Source: Bacillota bacterium | Lineage (GTDB): Bacteria > Bacillota > Dethiobacteria > DTU022 | Direction of reading: 5' to 3' | NCBI GenBank assembly: GCA_016874655.1 | Contig: VGTO01000001.1 | Coordinates: forward strand, 2,777 to 66,776 | DNA: 64,000 nt | Part shown: piece after piece, positions 38,706-48,068 of the stretch | Numbering within the stretch: the stretch's first letter is position 1 | How the letters are laid out: every line of letters begins with the position of its first letter | Notes under the pieces: model-generated | The model's input: the letters and a program-made list of their open reading frames with translations, nothing else | Database searches by the model: none | What the model was told of the DNA's origin: nothing | Position numbers and translations under genes: made by a program

Positions 38706-38961
38706 TTACCGCAAGTGCTGTGAACGGGACGTATTGGCGTATGGTCTGCTTATCAAGAGAGCCGGTGTCAGGTGAGAGTCCGGTTAAGCGAAGGCGTCTA
38801 AGATCACCCGGGAGCTTCCGTACCAAATTCCTGATTGGAAGAGTAGTAGCGGGCGGCCGCCACCGTTAACGGCTTAGAGCTAAGGTTATGCCGACTGATG
38901 AGGCTGGCCTTGTGGGTGGTACCGCGGGATATAATCTCGCCCCTCGTCGGGGCGATTTTTT
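38706..38961 (+). promoter_or_regulatory. T-box riboswitch leader controlling ileS
   Basis: Conserved T-box sequence TGGGTGGTACCGCGGG at 38913-38928, immediately followed by the terminator TCGCCCC-TCGT-CGGGGCGA + TTTTTT. The ORF-track start 38898 would translate through this leader, but the real IleS N-terminus (MDYRDTLNLPKT) begins at 39003. Confidence 0.8.
38937..38961 (+). terminator. intrinsic terminator of the ileS T-box leader (attenuator)
   Basis: 8-bp perfect GC-rich stem (TCGCCCC/GGGGCGA), 4-nt loop, 7-T run. Confidence 0.75.
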
Positions 38962-39002
38962 ATTATGGCGGGATAATATCAATTACCTGGAGGATACAAA
39001 TC

Positions 39003-41765
39003 ATGGATTATCGCGATACACTGAACTTACCAAAGACCGAATTTCCAATGCGCGCCAACCTGCCGGTTCGGGAACCTGACCTGCTAAAATTCTGGGCCGA
39101 GCTTGATATTAACAGCCTGGTTTACGAAAAGCGCAGCGGATCACCGACCTACATTTTGCACGATGGACCGCCATACGCCAACGGTGATATCCATATGGGT
39201 ACCGCACTAAACAAGGTGCTTAAAGACATTATAAATAAGTATAAGACTATGCGCGGCTTTAACTGCCCTTATGTTCCCGGATGGGATACCCATGGCCTGC
39301 CGATTGAACATCAGATTATCAAAACTAAAAAAGTAAACCGCAAAGAGATTTCCGATCTCGAGTTCCGCAAAATGTGTCATCAGTATGCACTTAACTATGT
39401 CGATATTCAACGCGAACAATTTAAGCGACTCGGTGTTCGCGGCGACTGGGATAACCCGTACCTGACCCTGGTTCCCGCCTACGAGGGACGTCAGATTAAA
39501 ATATTTGGCACCATGGCTGAGAAGGGCTACATCTATAAAGGCATGCGTCCGGTATATTGGTGTGCCGACTGCGAAACAGCCCTGGCCGAAGCGGAAATTG
39601 AATACGGGATGAAAACGTCTGATTCAATCTATGTTAAATTTGCGGTTGTCGATGATCTGGGGCTGCTTGGCGGAACTGATCATAAATATTGCCTGATCTG
39701 GACCACTACTGCCTGGACCATCCCCGCCAACCTGGCCATTGCTGTGCACGCCAATTTTGATTATGTTCTGGCCGATGCCGGAGGCGAGCAGTATCTCCTG
39801 GCCGAAGGGCTTCTGGAAGATGTTGCTAAAATCGCCGGGGCAGAAAAGCCCTGGACGATATTGAAGAGGTTTAAAGGCAGCGAACTGGTCGGTATCCGCT
39901 GTCGCCATCCTCTCTACAAGAGGGAATCGGTCCTTTTGATCGGTGATCACGTAACCCTGGAGCAGGGAACCGGTTGTGTGCATATTGCCCCGGGCCATGG
40001 TCACGAAGACTTTGCGATCGGTCAGGCCAACAACCTGCCGGTGCTCAGCCCCCTTGACGATAGCGGATTTTTTACTGAGGAAGCTGGTCAGTATGCGGGC
40101 TTGCGCTACGATAAAGGAGGGCTGCAGGTAATTGAAGACCTTAAGAGCAATGGAGCCTTAATCCGCTCTATACCTATTGAACATCAGTATCCCAACTGCT
40201 GGCGCTGCAAGCAGCCGGTTCTCTACCGTGCTACGGAACAGTGGTTTGCTTCCATAGACGGCTTTCGCAAAGAGGCGCTTGATGCCATTAAAAAAGTGAA
40301 CTGGACTCCCTCCTGGGGTGAAGAACGTATCTATAATATGATTGCTGAGCGTCAGGATTGGTGTATTTCCCGCCAACGGGTCTGGGGGGTACCGATTCCG
40401 ATCTTTTACTGCACTTCATGCAACGAAGCAGTGATCAACCGAGAGACGATCGATGCGGTTAGCGATCTTTTTACTGCTGAAGGTTCTGATGCCTGGTTTG
40501 CCCGCGAGGCGGCGGAGATTCTGCCCGCAGGATTTAAGTGTCCGCACTGCGGCGAGGGCGACGAATTTCGTAAGGAAAAGGATACCATGGATGTGTGGTT
40601 TGACTCGGGTTCCAGCCACGATGCGGTGTTGGAGACCCGCGCTGAACTGAGTTGGCCGGCGGATCTATATTTAGAAGGCAGCGATCAGTATCGCGGCTGG
40701 TTCCATTCATCGCTCCTTACAGCCGTAGCAGCCAGGGGCGAGCCGCCTTACCGGGCGGTACTCAGCCATGGCTGGGTTGTCGATGGCGAAGGTAAAAAGA
40801 TGTCCAAGTCGCTCGGTAACGTTATCGCACCGGAGCAAATAATCAAGCAATACGGGGCCGATATTTTAAGGCTTTGGGTGTCATCTGCCGACTTTACCAG
40901 CGATATTCACCTATCTAATGATATTCTCAAACAGCTGATCGAGGTTTACCGTAAAATCCGCAATACAACCCGCTTTTTATTAGGTAACTGTTTCGATTTT
41001 AACCCGGAAACCGCTATTGTCGATTACGGGTCAATGGAAGAGCTTGATCGCTGGGCGCTGTTCAGACTGACCGAGTTGGTGGAAAAAGTGACCACTGCCT
41101 ACGAAAAGTATGAATACCATCAGTTTTTCCATGCCCTGCATAACTTTTGTGTTGTTGACATGAGTAACTTCTACCTTGATATCATCAAGGACCGCCTTTA
41201 CTGCTCTGCTCCGGGTGATCCGGCAAGGCGTTCGGCACAAAGTGTTTTGCTGATTATCTCAGAGTACCTGGTAGTGTTGATGGCGCCAATCCTGACTTTT
41301 ACCGCGGATGAAATCTGGCAGCACCTGCCCGGCTGCCATGGAAAAAGTGTACAGATAGCAGATTGGCCTGTGCCCGATCCGGTTTGGCAAGATCAGGAGC
41401 TGGGCGCACGCTGGCAAGCGATCCTGGAGTTGCGCGAGGAAGTTAACTGGGCGCTGGAGCAGGCTCGCAAGGAAAAAGTGATTGGCGGATCTTTGGAAGC
41501 TGAAGTGACGATTTGGGCTGATGAACATCTTTTTCATCAGCTGAAAGGTTTTGAAGATCAACTAACCGTGCTCTTCATCGTATCGGCTGCCAAACTGCAG
41601 GAAGGTTATTCAGGCGCGCCCTCTACGACCCTCAAGGGACAGCGTCTTCCGGTTAGCATCCTGGTTGAAAAATCGAAAGGACATAAATGCCCGCGTTGCT
41701 GGATTTTTACTGAATCGGAAGAGGAGCTTTGCCCGCGCTGCAGCAGCGTCGTAGCTACACTTTAG
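39003..41765 (+). CDS. ileS: isoleucyl-tRNA synthetase
   Basis: 920 aa from ATG 39003 (GGAGG RBS 10 nt upstream); HIGH motif (PYANGDIHMGTA), KMSKS motif, C-terminal zinc finger (CPRCW...CPRC). Confidence 0.95.
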   Translation: MDYRDTLNLPKTEFPMRANLPVREPDLLKFWAELDINSLVYEKRSGSPTYILHDGPPYANGDIHMGTALNKVLKDIINKYKTMRGFNCPYVPGWDTHGLPIEHQIIKTKKVNRKEISDLEFRKMCHQYALNYVDIQREQFKRLGVRGDWDNPYLTLVPAYEGRQIKIFGTMAEKGYIYKGMRPVYWCADCETALAEAEIEYGMKTSDSIYVKFAVVDDLGLLGGTDHKYCLIWTTTAWTIPANLAIAVHANFDYVLADAGGEQYLLAEGLLEDVAKIAGAEKPWTILKRFKGSELVGIRCRHPLYKRESVLLIGDHVTLEQGTGCVHIAPGHGHEDFAIGQANNLPVLSPLDDSGFFTEEAGQYAGLRYDKGGLQVIEDLKSNGALIRSIPIEHQYPNCWRCKQPVLYRATEQWFASIDGFRKEALDAIKKVNWTPSWGEERIYNMIAERQDWCISRQRVWGVPIPIFYCTSCNEAVINRETIDAVSDLFTAEGSDAWFAREAAEILPAGFKCPHCGEGDEFRKEKDTMDVWFDSGSSHDAVLETRAELSWPADLYLEGSDQYRGWFHSSLLTAVAARGEPPYRAVLSHGWVVDGEGKKMSKSLGNVIAPEQIIKQYGADILRLWVSSADFTSDIHLSNDILKQLIEVYRKIRNTTRFLLGNCFDFNPETAIVDYGSMEELDRWALFRLTELVEKVTTAYEKYEYHQFFHALHNFCVVDMSNFYLDIIKDRLYCSAPGDPARRSAQSVLLIISEYLVVLMAPILTFTADEIWQHLPGCHGKSVQIADWPVPDPVWQDQELGARWQAILELREEVNWALEQARKEKVIGGSLEAEVTIWADEHLFHQLKGFEDQLTVLFIVSAAKLQEGYSGAPSTTLKGQRLPVSILVEKSKGHKCPRCWIFTESEEELCPRCSSVVATL

Positions 41766-41785
41766 CACTTAAAAAGGAGACCATA

Positions 41786-42247
41786 TTGCGCCTTATAATA
41801 ATAGCTGTCCTAATCATATTTGCCGATCAACTAAGTAAATACTTCGTCACATCGCTGATGCAGGCCGGCGAGTCGATCCCTTTAATTGAGAACTTTCTGC
41901 ATCTAACCTATGTTCGTAATCCGGGCGCTGCATTCGGCATGCTACCCTACCAGAAGATATTTTTCATCGTTATTACAGTAGTGGTTGTGATCTTTATCAT
42001 CTATTATTACCGGCTTTTGTCTGCAGATCACCGATTGCTGCGTTTTTCATTAGCCCTGTTGCTCGGCGGCGCAATCGGCAACCTGATTGACCGCTTGCGC
42101 AGCGGCTATGTAATTGATTTTATTGATTTTAAAATCTGGCCGCCTGTTTTTAATATTGCTGATTCGGCAATTGTAATCGGTATCGGGTTGTTTCTTTTCG
42201 CCTATTGGCGGGATGGTTCTTTTAAACGATCAAAGGAGATGAGTTAA
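41786..42247 (+). CDS. lspA: lipoprotein signal peptidase (signal peptidase II)
   Basis: ORF track 41729..42247 trimmed to TTG at 41786 (AGGAG RBS); LspA motifs (NPGAAFG; FNIAD) and four TM segments. Confidence 0.8.
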   Translation: MRLIIIAVLIIFADQLSKYFVTSLMQAGESIPLIENFLHLTYVRNPGAAFGMLPYQKIFFIVITVVVVIFIIYYYRLLSADHRLLRFSLALLLGGAIGNLIDRLRSGYVIDFIDFKIWPPVFNIADSAIVIGIGLFLFAYWRDGSFKRSKEMS

Positions 42248-43029
42248 TGTATCCGGAGCTTTTTCGCATTGGCAGTCTGACTGTTCACTCTTATGGTCTA
42301 ATGATGGCGCTGGCTATCCTGGTTGCTACCCTTGCCCTTTATCGTGAGGCTCCACGGGAGGGGATTAATCCGGACCATTTACTCGAGGCGATAATCGTTG
42401 CCGCATTTTTTGGGTTGATTGGGTCACGGATACTCTATATTGTTTTACACTGGCGCTATTACAGCACCCAGCCGTTTTTAAAAATATTAACTGAATTTGA
42501 GGGGCTCACCTTTTATGGGGCTATGTTTGGTGGTGTCATCGCCCTCTTAATCTGGTGTTCCCGGCGCAAGATTGGCTTTATGAAACTGGCCGACTTGTTT
42601 GCTCCTTACTTGGCACTTGGCTACGGGTTCGGGCGGGTAGGCTGTTTTTTAAACGGCTGCTGCTACGGTAAAGAAACGGATTTACCCTGGGCTTTGCCGA
42701 TCAACATGGCCGATAGTGTATTACGTCACCCGGTTCAGCTTTATGCCGCCCTGGGAGGCCTCTTAATTTTTTTAATTCTAAAGCTTTTGAAACCACGCAG
42801 ACCTTTTATCGGTTTTATTTTGCTAATGCTCTTTGCGCTTTATGGTATGCTGCGTTTTACTACTGAGTTTTTCCGTCATGGTTATGAGATTGCAGCAGGT
42901 CTGACCGCGGCCCAGATCTTTAGCCTGAGCCTATTTCTACTCGCAGCAGCCGCTATGGCCCTGATCTGCTACCTGCTTCCCGATTCGAAGGCTTCAGATA
43001 AGAAGAAGAAGAAAGCAGTGGAAAAATGA
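42247..43029 (+). CDS. lgt: prolipoprotein diacylglyceryl transferase
   Basis: 260 aa; MYPELFRIGSLTVHSYGLMMALA... Lgt signature; poly-Lys C-terminal tail. Confidence 0.9.
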   Translation: MYPELFRIGSLTVHSYGLMMALAILVATLALYREAPREGINPDHLLEAIIVAAFFGLIGSRILYIVLHWRYYSTQPFLKILTEFEGLTFYGAMFGGVIALLIWCSRRKIGFMKLADLFAPYLALGYGFGRVGCFLNGCCYGKETDLPWALPINMADSVLRHPVQLYAALGGLLIFLILKLLKPRRPFIGFILLMLFALYGMLRFTTEFFRHGYEIAAGLTAAQIFSLSLFLLAAAAMALICYLLPDSKASDKKKKKAVEK

Positions 43030-43967
43030 GGGAGCAAAAGTCCCCTGTTGAGCTAACTGTCTCTGAACCTGAGCTTGGCCGGCGTCTCGATCTCTTCCTG
43101 GCTGGAGAGGCTGCCGATCTGACGCGCAGCCGGGTACAGAAACTGATTGAAGACGGTAGGGTAAAGGTAAATGATCTGGTCTGTACTGATAAGAATTACC
43201 GGGTTCGCACTAATGACCGGATTAGCTGTTTCTTACCGGATCTGACAGAGCCCTCGACCCTGCCTGAAGAAATTCCCCTTAAGATTGTTTTCGAAGACCG
43301 GGATTTGCTGGTCATTAACAAATCAAGGCAGATGGTAGTCCATCCTGCTCCGGGTCACAGTAGTGGAACCCTGGTAAATGCACTGCTTCACCATTGCCGG
43401 GATCTTTCCGGGATTGGTGGTGTAATGCGCCCCGGTATTGTGCATCGTCTTGATAAAGACACATCGGGTTTGCTAATTGTAGCCAAGAACGATAAAACAC
43501 ACAATTCTCTTTCAAGCCAACTCAAAAGCAGGCTTTTAAAGCGCATGTATCTGACTCTAGTCTGTGGGCGGGTAAAACCAAAGGTCGGCAGGATCGAAGC
43601 TCCGGTGGGGCGACATCCTCAAAACCGCAAAAAAATGGCGGTTATCACCGGTGGCCGCGAAGCGGTAACCCGCTACCGGGTTTTAAAAGATTTCGGACAG
43701 ATCAGCCTGTTGCAGCTTAAACTTGAAACCGGGCGCACTCACCAAATCAGGGTCCATCTCGCCCAGATCGGTTACCCGGTAGTCGGTGATTTTGTTTATG
43801 GGCCGGGGGGTTGCGCCGGTCTACCGCCGGAACTGCTCTTTACCCACGCTCTGCATGCTTACCGGCTTTCTTTTGTTCATCCGGGCAGCAAAGAAGCCCT
43901 CACTTTTTCTGCCTCCCCCCCGCCAGAATTCCAGGCCCTGCTCCACTATTTAGCCAAAGGGTTCTAA
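43026..43967 (+). CDS. rluD: 23S rRNA pseudouridine synthase RluD (RluA family)
   Basis: 313 aa; N-terminal S4 domain and catalytic HRLDKDTSGLL motif. Confidence 0.85.
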   Translation: MREQKSPVELTVSEPELGRRLDLFLAGEAADLTRSRVQKLIEDGRVKVNDLVCTDKNYRVRTNDRISCFLPDLTEPSTLPEEIPLKIVFEDRDLLVINKSRQMVVHPAPGHSSGTLVNALLHHCRDLSGIGGVMRPGIVHRLDKDTSGLLIVAKNDKTHNSLSSQLKSRLLKRMYLTLVCGRVKPKVGRIEAPVGRHPQNRKKMAVITGGREAVTRYRVLKDFGQISLLQLKLETGRTHQIRVHLAQIGYPVVGDFVYGPGGCAGLPPELLFTHALHAYRLSFVHPGSKEALTFSASPPPEFQALLHYLAKGF

Positions 43968-44193
43968 AGTGACAGTTTTTTGAATGGAAATATTCTTATA
44001 ATCTTCACTTTTCATTAAAAAGATCAAGCAAAAAGAGCTTCAGCAGAAGTCAAAGGCGAACATAAAGCGAGCGATCGTGAGCACTGACTCTTGCTGAAAC
44101 TCTGTCTACAATGATCTCAACTACGTCAATACCAAGTCAAGTACAAATGCAAATTATCCGATTGAGTAGTTGCACATTCAAATCGAAGTAGAT

Positions 44194-45933
44194 TTACTGT
44201 AGATTGAACTGTTTCCTTAAATCCTGAGCAAGAGGATTGACGGTGACTGTTTCGTAGTTTTCATAGAAAACCTGCCCCGGATTGCTTCCCGGCCGGCGTC
44301 TGACATGACGCACCTCGGTATAATCAACATCGGCAGTCCTGCTTTCCCGCCCTTTGCTGAAATAGGCGGCCAGAAAAGCAGCATCCGCAAGATCAACTTC
44401 TTCGGGCGGCCAGCCGGTTTCTTTGAGGATCACGTGGCTGCCCGGAAGCTGGCGAATATGGAACCAGATATCTCGTCGCACAGCCGCTTTGAATGTAACA
44501 TAGTCATTCTGACGGTTATTGCGCCCTACCATAATTGTTTTCCCCGATCCACTTTTAAAGATGAGGGGCTGTGGCAGTACGGTTTCTTTCTTTTTGCCTT
44601 TTTGTTTATCACGTAAGTAACCGGCATCAATTAACTCCAAACGAATTTCTGCCAGGGAATTGCCGCCGGCACTTTCAATACTGTACAGGAGACTGCGACA
44701 GTATTCAGTTTCTGCATCTGTTATTTTTAACTGGCGCAGCAACTCATCCCGACCCGTTTTAGCTTTTCGGTAGCGGTTAAAATAATGTTGCGCATTAGCA
44801 GCAGCTGTTCGCGAGGGGTTAAGGGGCACTATTACTTTTTCATCCGGCTGATAAAGGTCAGGAAGGAGAGCAGTATCAGCGCCACGGGGGACCTGATCAC
44901 CGTAAGCCAGCAGCAGTTCACCAAAATGGCGGTGCTGGGAGGCCAACTCTGTTGTTTTCAGATCTTTCTTTAAAGCCAGCTCTTTTCGTTTTAAGGCAGA
45001 GAGTCGTCGATTAACTGCATTTTGTAGAAGGCCTTTAAGTGCTATTTCAAATTCAGTACGAATCAATCCGGAGTAGAAGCGATCCAGCATTTCATTGATT
45101 ACGGCATGTTCAATCTGCACCTCAGCAGACAGATGATTTAGCCGAATTGCGGCATAGATATTTTTATCCGGCAGCAACACCGGAGTAAACTGTTTTTCGT
45201 TGATAGCGCTAAAGAGTGATCTGGTTTCATTGAAGATAACTGTGGAATCATTCTTTACGTCGGCACTAATGCCTTTCTGCCTGCTGCGGTAAATCAGTTC
45301 TTGCGCAACAAGTGGGCTGATGCCATCAACTGATGCTAGCAGCGCCTGCTCAGGTTTCTCTTTTAAGGCCAGATTCTCCAAAAATACAGTAGTGAATTCT
45401 TCAGTGTTCATCTGCAGGGGATTGAGTTTGTTCTGCTTCGGCACCGTTCTGTACTTTTCTCCGGGGTAGATTGCCCGCAGCGGGTTTTTCTCCCAACCGA
45501 CGATTTTGGCTGCACCCAGGATCAACCGGTCTTCTCCAACTAGGATCAGATTGCTGCGGCGGCTCATAATTTCCGCAATTAGCGAAACAGGAATTAGTCC
45601 GGCCTGTGGTTCAAAAGTGATTTCAAGGATCCGTTCCAGCGGTGGGTTGCTTAGATTTAAGATTCGGCAGCCGGTCAGGTATTTACGCAACAACATGCAA
45701 AAAGGTGAAGGTTGAGTATTATGTTTTTCCTTTTTATCTGCTTTGCCGGAAAGATGCACACGCGCATACTTGGAATCGATGGAAAAAAGCAAATTAAGTT
45801 GTCGTCCCTGATGGTAAAGGTTAAGGATTATTTCACCGCGGATCGGCTCAGTTACTTTTTGCACAACAGCGCCGGGCAGTTCTTCCTGCAACTCGGCAGT
45901 GACTACCTGCATAATTAAGGTGTCAAAAGACAT
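44194..45933 (-). CDS. rqcH: NFACT-family RNA-binding protein (FbpA-like / ribosome quality-control protein RqcH homologue)
   Basis: 579 aa on the minus strand; NFACT-N, coiled-coil and NFACT-R/DUF814 C-terminal region. It is the only minus-strand gene in the window. Confidence 0.75.
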   Translation of the reverse strand: MSFDTLIMQVVTAELQEELPGAVVQKVTEPIRGEIILNLYHQGRQLNLLFSIDSKYARVHLSGKADKKEKHNTQPSPFCMLLRKYLTGCRILNLSNPPLERILEITFEPQAGLIPVSLIAEIMSRRSNLILVGEDRLILGAAKIVGWEKNPLRAIYPGEKYRTVPKQNKLNPLQMNTEEFTTVFLENLALKEKPEQALLASVDGISPLVAQELIYRSRQKGISADVKNDSTVIFNETRSLFSAINEKQFTPVLLPDKNIYAAIRLNHLSAEVQIEHAVINEMLDRFYSGLIRTEFEIALKGLLQNAVNRRLSALKRKELALKKDLKTTELASQHRHFGELLLAYGDQVPRGADTALLPDLYQPDEKVIVPLNPSRTAAANAQHYFNRYRKAKTGRDELLRQLKITDAETEYCRSLLYSIESAGGNSLAEIRLELIDAGYLRDKQKGKKKETVLPQPLIFKSGSGKTIMVGRNNRQNDYVTFKAAVRRDIWFHIRQLPGSHVILKETGWPPEEVDLADAAFLAAYFSKGRESRTADVDYTEVRHVRRRPGSNPGQVFYENYETVTVNPLAQDLRKQFNLQ

Positions 45934-46064
45934 TTTTGCTTCAACTCCCGGGATTCAGTATAATTCTTCTTGATCAAGATGGCAAATAAAGACCCTGATT
46001 AGCTTGAGCTTGCCGTTGTTTGATGGTAATATTAACGCAGTGTTGGAGAGCCCGGGAGGAATAA

Positions 46065-46943
46065 TTGATGATCAGCAGTATGACTGGTTACGGCCAAGGT
46101 GTCGGAACAGAAAATGGTTTTACCTTTTCAGTGGAACTTCGTTCTGTTAATCATCGCTATGCTGATTTTTCGCTGCGCCTTCCGCGCGACCTTTACGCTT
46201 TGGAAGACCGCATTCGCCGCTTGCTGCAGGAATCAATCAAGCGCGGACGGGTAGAAGTTAACCTGACGTTGGATGAAATGCCGGCTGCTTTACGGCAGGT
46301 TAAGATCAACCATGATTTAGCAGAGGACTACTATCGCTCTCTGGTGGAGCTTTCGGAACGACTGGGAATTGAAAGTGAGGTCAAGCTGAAGCACCTGCTG
46401 CAGGTTCCCGAGCTATTTAAGTCACCCGGATCTTCATTGACCGAGGAAGAACTCTGGCCTGCCGTTGCCGCTGCGCTGGAGGATGCCCTGGAAAAGCTGC
46501 TAATGCAAAGAAAAATGGAAGGTGAAAACCTTTGCCGTGATCTTTTAGAGCGGTGCACCAGGCTGGAAGAGCTGGTTGCGGAAGCGGTGATCAGAGCCGA
46601 AAGGGCCAAAGAGGATTGTCGTAAAAGAACTGAAGAAAAAGTAGCTGATTTGCTGGCCGGTAAATTTGAAGAAACCAGACTACTGATGGAATGTGCCCTG
46701 CTGGTTGAAAGGATGGGCATTGATGAAGAGCTGGTCCGCCTGAAAAGTCACCTGGCAGCCTTCAGAAAGATTATCATGGACACAGAGGCTGCCGGGCGTA
46801 AACTTGATTTTATTGCGCAGGAAATGTTCCGCGAAGTTAATACGATCGGCTCGAAGGCTGGCGACTATCAGCTTACCAACCTTGTGGTCGAGATGAAAGC
46901 GGAGCAGGAAAAGATGCGTGAGCAGATCCAGAACCTGGAGTAG
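46065..46943 (+). CDS. yloC: YicC/YloC family stress-induced protein
   Basis: 292 aa; MISSMTGYGQG N-terminus typical of the YicC family; precedes remA-gmk-rpoZ as in Bacillus. Confidence 0.8.
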   Translation: MMISSMTGYGQGVGTENGFTFSVELRSVNHRYADFSLRLPRDLYALEDRIRRLLQESIKRGRVEVNLTLDEMPAALRQVKINHDLAEDYYRSLVELSERLGIESEVKLKHLLQVPELFKSPGSSLTEEELWPAVAAALEDALEKLLMQRKMEGENLCRDLLERCTRLEELVAEAVIRAERAKEDCRKRTEEKVADLLAGKFEETRLLMECALLVERMGIDEELVRLKSHLAAFRKIIMDTEAAGRKLDFIAQEMFREVNTIGSKAGDYQLTNLVVEMKAEQEKMREQIQNLE

Positions 46944-46958
46944 AGAGCGAGGTTAAGC

Positions 46959-47243
46959 ATGGCTATTAAACTAATTAATATCGGGTTTGGTAATATCGTT
47001 TCAGCCGGCCGCATAGTTGCCATTGTCAGCCCTGAATCAGCGCCAATTAAAAGGGTGATTTCTGAAGCAAGGGAGCGCGGTATTTTAATAGATGCCACCT
47101 ATGGCCGGCGCACTAGGGCGGTTATTGTAGCCGACAGTGGTCATATTATTCTCTCCGCAGTTCAGCCTGAGACGGTTAAACACCGCCTGCAGACGAAAGA
47201 AAGCAGCGCTGAAAGCGGAGATAGCGAACAGGAGAAAAGTTAG
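46959..47243 (+). CDS. remA: extracellular matrix/biofilm regulator RemA (DUF370, YlzA)
   Basis: 94 aa; [32 protein letters not shown]... near-canonical RemA sequence. Confidence 0.8.
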   Translation: MAIKLINIGFGNIVSAGRIVAIVSPESAPIKRVISEARERGILIDATYGRRTRAVIVADSGHIILSAVQPETVKHRLQTKESSAESGDSEQEKS

Positions 47244-47247
47244 ATTT

Positions 47248-47853
47248 ATGGCCGAAGGAGTATTATTGATCATATCCGGTCCTTCCGGCGTCGGGAAAGG
47301 CACTGTTTGCCGTCATCTGATGTTAGTCCGACAGAAGCTTAATCTCTCTGTGTCAACTACCACCAGGCCACCGCGACCAGGTGAGGAAGAGGGCCGGGAA
47401 TACAATTTTACCTCTGTTGATCGGTTTAAGGAAATGATTGGCAGCGGTGATTTCTTGGAGTGGGCGGTTGTGCACGGCCACTACTATGGAACGCTGAAGA
47501 CTACCGTTCGCAATTATTTGTCAAAGGGTGAAGACCTGATCTTAGAAATTGATGTGCAGGGAGCAGCCCAGGTCAGAAAGAATTCACCGGGTTCTGCATT
47601 AATTTTCCTGGCGCCGCCATCGCTTGAAGCCCTGGAAGCGAGGATTCGGGGGCGTGGGACAGAAGATGACCTGCGCATTAAACAGCGCTTAGTTGCTGCC
47701 CGTGAAGAGATGGAGGCTTATTATCTTTACGACTATGTTGTTGTAAATGATCAGGTAGAAAACGCAGCAGGCCTGATTGGTGCGATTATTGATGCCGAAA
47801 AATGCAAGGTAAATCGTGGCGTTCGTCCGCCGGGATGGGGAGGTGTAGAATAA
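47248..47853 (+). CDS. gmk: guanylate kinase
   Basis: ORF track 47137..47853 trimmed to ATG 47248, just after the remA stop; P-loop ISGPSGVGKGT. Confidence 0.9.
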   Translation: MAEGVLLIISGPSGVGKGTVCRHLMLVRQKLNLSVSTTTRPPRPGEEEGREYNFTSVDRFKEMIGSGDFLEWAVVHGHYYGTLKTTVRNYLSKGEDLILEIDVQGAAQVRKNSPGSALIFLAPPSLEALEARIRGRGTEDDLRIKQRLVAAREEMEAYYLYDYVVVNDQVENAAGLIGAIIDAEKCKVNRGVRPPGWGGVE

Positions 47854-48059
47854 TGATTTATCCCTCAATTGATGTTTTGTTGGGAAAAGTTGACAGTAAG
47901 TATACATTGGTTATCGCCGCAGCCAAGCGGGGCAGGCAGTTAAGAAGTGGCAGTAAAAAGACTATCGATAAGAGTTTCCGTAAAGAAGTGACCACTGCGC
48001 TGCACGAGATTGAACGCGACAAGATCGTTTATGAGCGAGTACGTGACGGAATTAAGTAG
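47853..48059 (+). CDS. rpoZ: DNA-directed RNA polymerase subunit omega
   Basis: 68 aa from ATG 47853 (TAATG overlap with gmk); MIYPSIDVLLGKVDSKYTLVIAAAKRGRQL omega signature. Confidence 0.85.
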   Translation: MIYPSIDVLLGKVDSKYTLVIAAAKRGRQLRSGSKKTIDKSFRKEVTTALHEIERDKIVYERVRDGIK

Positions 48060-48068
48060 GGGTGTGTT

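Noticed and set aside
38898-39002. N-terminal 35-aa extension of IleS in the ORF track (MRLALWVVPRDIISPLVGAIFYYGGIISITWRIQI)
   Set aside because: These codons run straight through the T-box antiterminator/terminator (TGGGTGGTACCGCGGG ... GGGGCGATTTTTT). The conserved IleS N-terminus and a GGAGG RBS are at 39003.
42990-43020. AAGAAGAAGAAGAAA simple repeat
   Set aside because: It lies inside lgt and simply encodes its poly-lysine C-terminal tail (DKKKKKAVEK). It is not a regulatory repeat.
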